Assembly: GCA_002633005.1 (NCBI GenBank)
Contig: NMRA01000189.1
Span: forward strand, 421,168-485,167
Source of the DNA: Phoronis australis
Lineage: Eukaryota; Animalia; Phoronida
Direction of reading: 5' to 3'
Length of the DNA: 64,000 nt
A program made the translations under genes and the position numbers. Each line of letters starts with the position of its first letter. The first letter of the stretch is position 1. Below, one piece after another: positions 62,888 to 64,000 of the stretch. The notes under the pieces were generated by a model. It made no database searches, had not been told where the DNA came from, and saw only the letters and a list, made by a program, of their open reading frames with translations.

Positions 62888-63846
62888 TGACTATTTTAAT
62901 GATTAAAATAGTGTGAACAGCACTTTGAATCATGTTAAGGCAGTAACTGATGTTCTTATTGATAAGAAATTAAGTTTTTTCGTACAAAAATATTGCGATT
63001 AAGTTCCAGGAAAATGCTGTGCCCACAAAACGATTAGTACGCAAAAACTTGAAAAACTATAAGACGCTTGGAAACTACAGAATCCTTGAAAATTACAGAA
63101 TCCTTGGAACCAGGTCTGATATCTATGTAGAACAGTGCAAAAAGTACCAAAAGTGTCACTAGCGGTGTTTGTCCAAACTTCAGTAAAAAAAGGTTCTGCA
63201 TGTGAATTCTAAATTAACACTTTGCTAGATGTTTAGCACAGTTTCGAATCGTGTGTTCCTTGAGTCACGTGGAATTAATGACCTCTGCTGCCACCTGGTG
63301 CACTGAGACTCTCCTGCTTCACAGCTGGTGAAAAAGAGGCTCACAACATTACTTGAATAGCTGGGTTGTAACTACAAATTGTTGACAATTATGCATCAAC
63401 AAATCAGTTGAGTGACAGACCTGCTTTACACTCTGATACATTTGAACACAGTGCTGTTTGTTTGACCACTATCGCAAGGTGTTGTTTAACTTTGGACATC
63501 CATGCACTGGGGTGTAAGCACCTATAGGACGCTACCGTTGTCGCATCTTTGTTGGATATAATAATACAGGTAGAATGGATATCATACCTTGGGTGCACAT
63601 CAGCCCCTTACCGATAAATGCTTGCAAAATGAACAAGGATCTCTATGCAACCAGCTTGTGACCTAGTTCTCCCTCTAACTGCTGACCATGGGGAATAATT
63701 TAAAATTTTTTGGCACCCAAGGGATGTTCATATACAGTAAACTGATATCATTGTCACAAAACACACTCCAATTTAGACACTGCCTTGAGTGGATTTTCTG
63801 CTAGGCATATGCATTTTTACACATGGAAGTTAAATATGTATGTCCT

Positions 63847-64000
63847 TGTGTGTGTGTGTGTGTGTTTGTGTTTGTGTGTGTGTGTGTGGTTGTGTGTGTG
63901 TGCATGTGTGTGTGTGGTGTGTGTGTGTGGTTGTTTGTGTGTGTGCGTGTGTGGTTGTGTGTGTATGTGTGTGTGTGTGTGTGTATGTGTTTGTGTGTGT
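63847..64000. repeat. (TG)n microsatellite, imperfect
   Basis: Visible directly; a shorter tract lies at ~61389-61440. Confidence 0.95.

Overview
AT-rich eukaryotic DNA from a bilaterian invertebrate-type genome; the taxon cannot be fixed from the sequence alone. Five spliced genes can be reconstructed. DCPS (minus strand, first two coding exons) is head-to-head with a C2H2 zinc-finger gene. WASHC4/SWIP is complete (29 coding exons, about 1191 aa) and has a candidate polyproline terminal exon. ALG10 (minus strand, complete) is head-to-head with TPRKB/CGI-121 (3' end outside the window). Single-N scaffold joins repeatedly duplicate both haplotypes, which creates false duplicate WASHC4 exons and exposes several heterozygous transposon insertions. 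Introns and intergenic DNA contain Penelope-like remnants with minimal hammerhead ribozymes, a TRIM with tRNA-like LTRs, SINEs, MITEs and a hAT transposase fragment. The most striking signal is a Helentron-type (HINE) repeat family whose ~145-bp monomers each carry a CTCF-consensus-like motif, forming a 9-site same-orientation array between the convergent WASHC4 and ALG10 3' ends.
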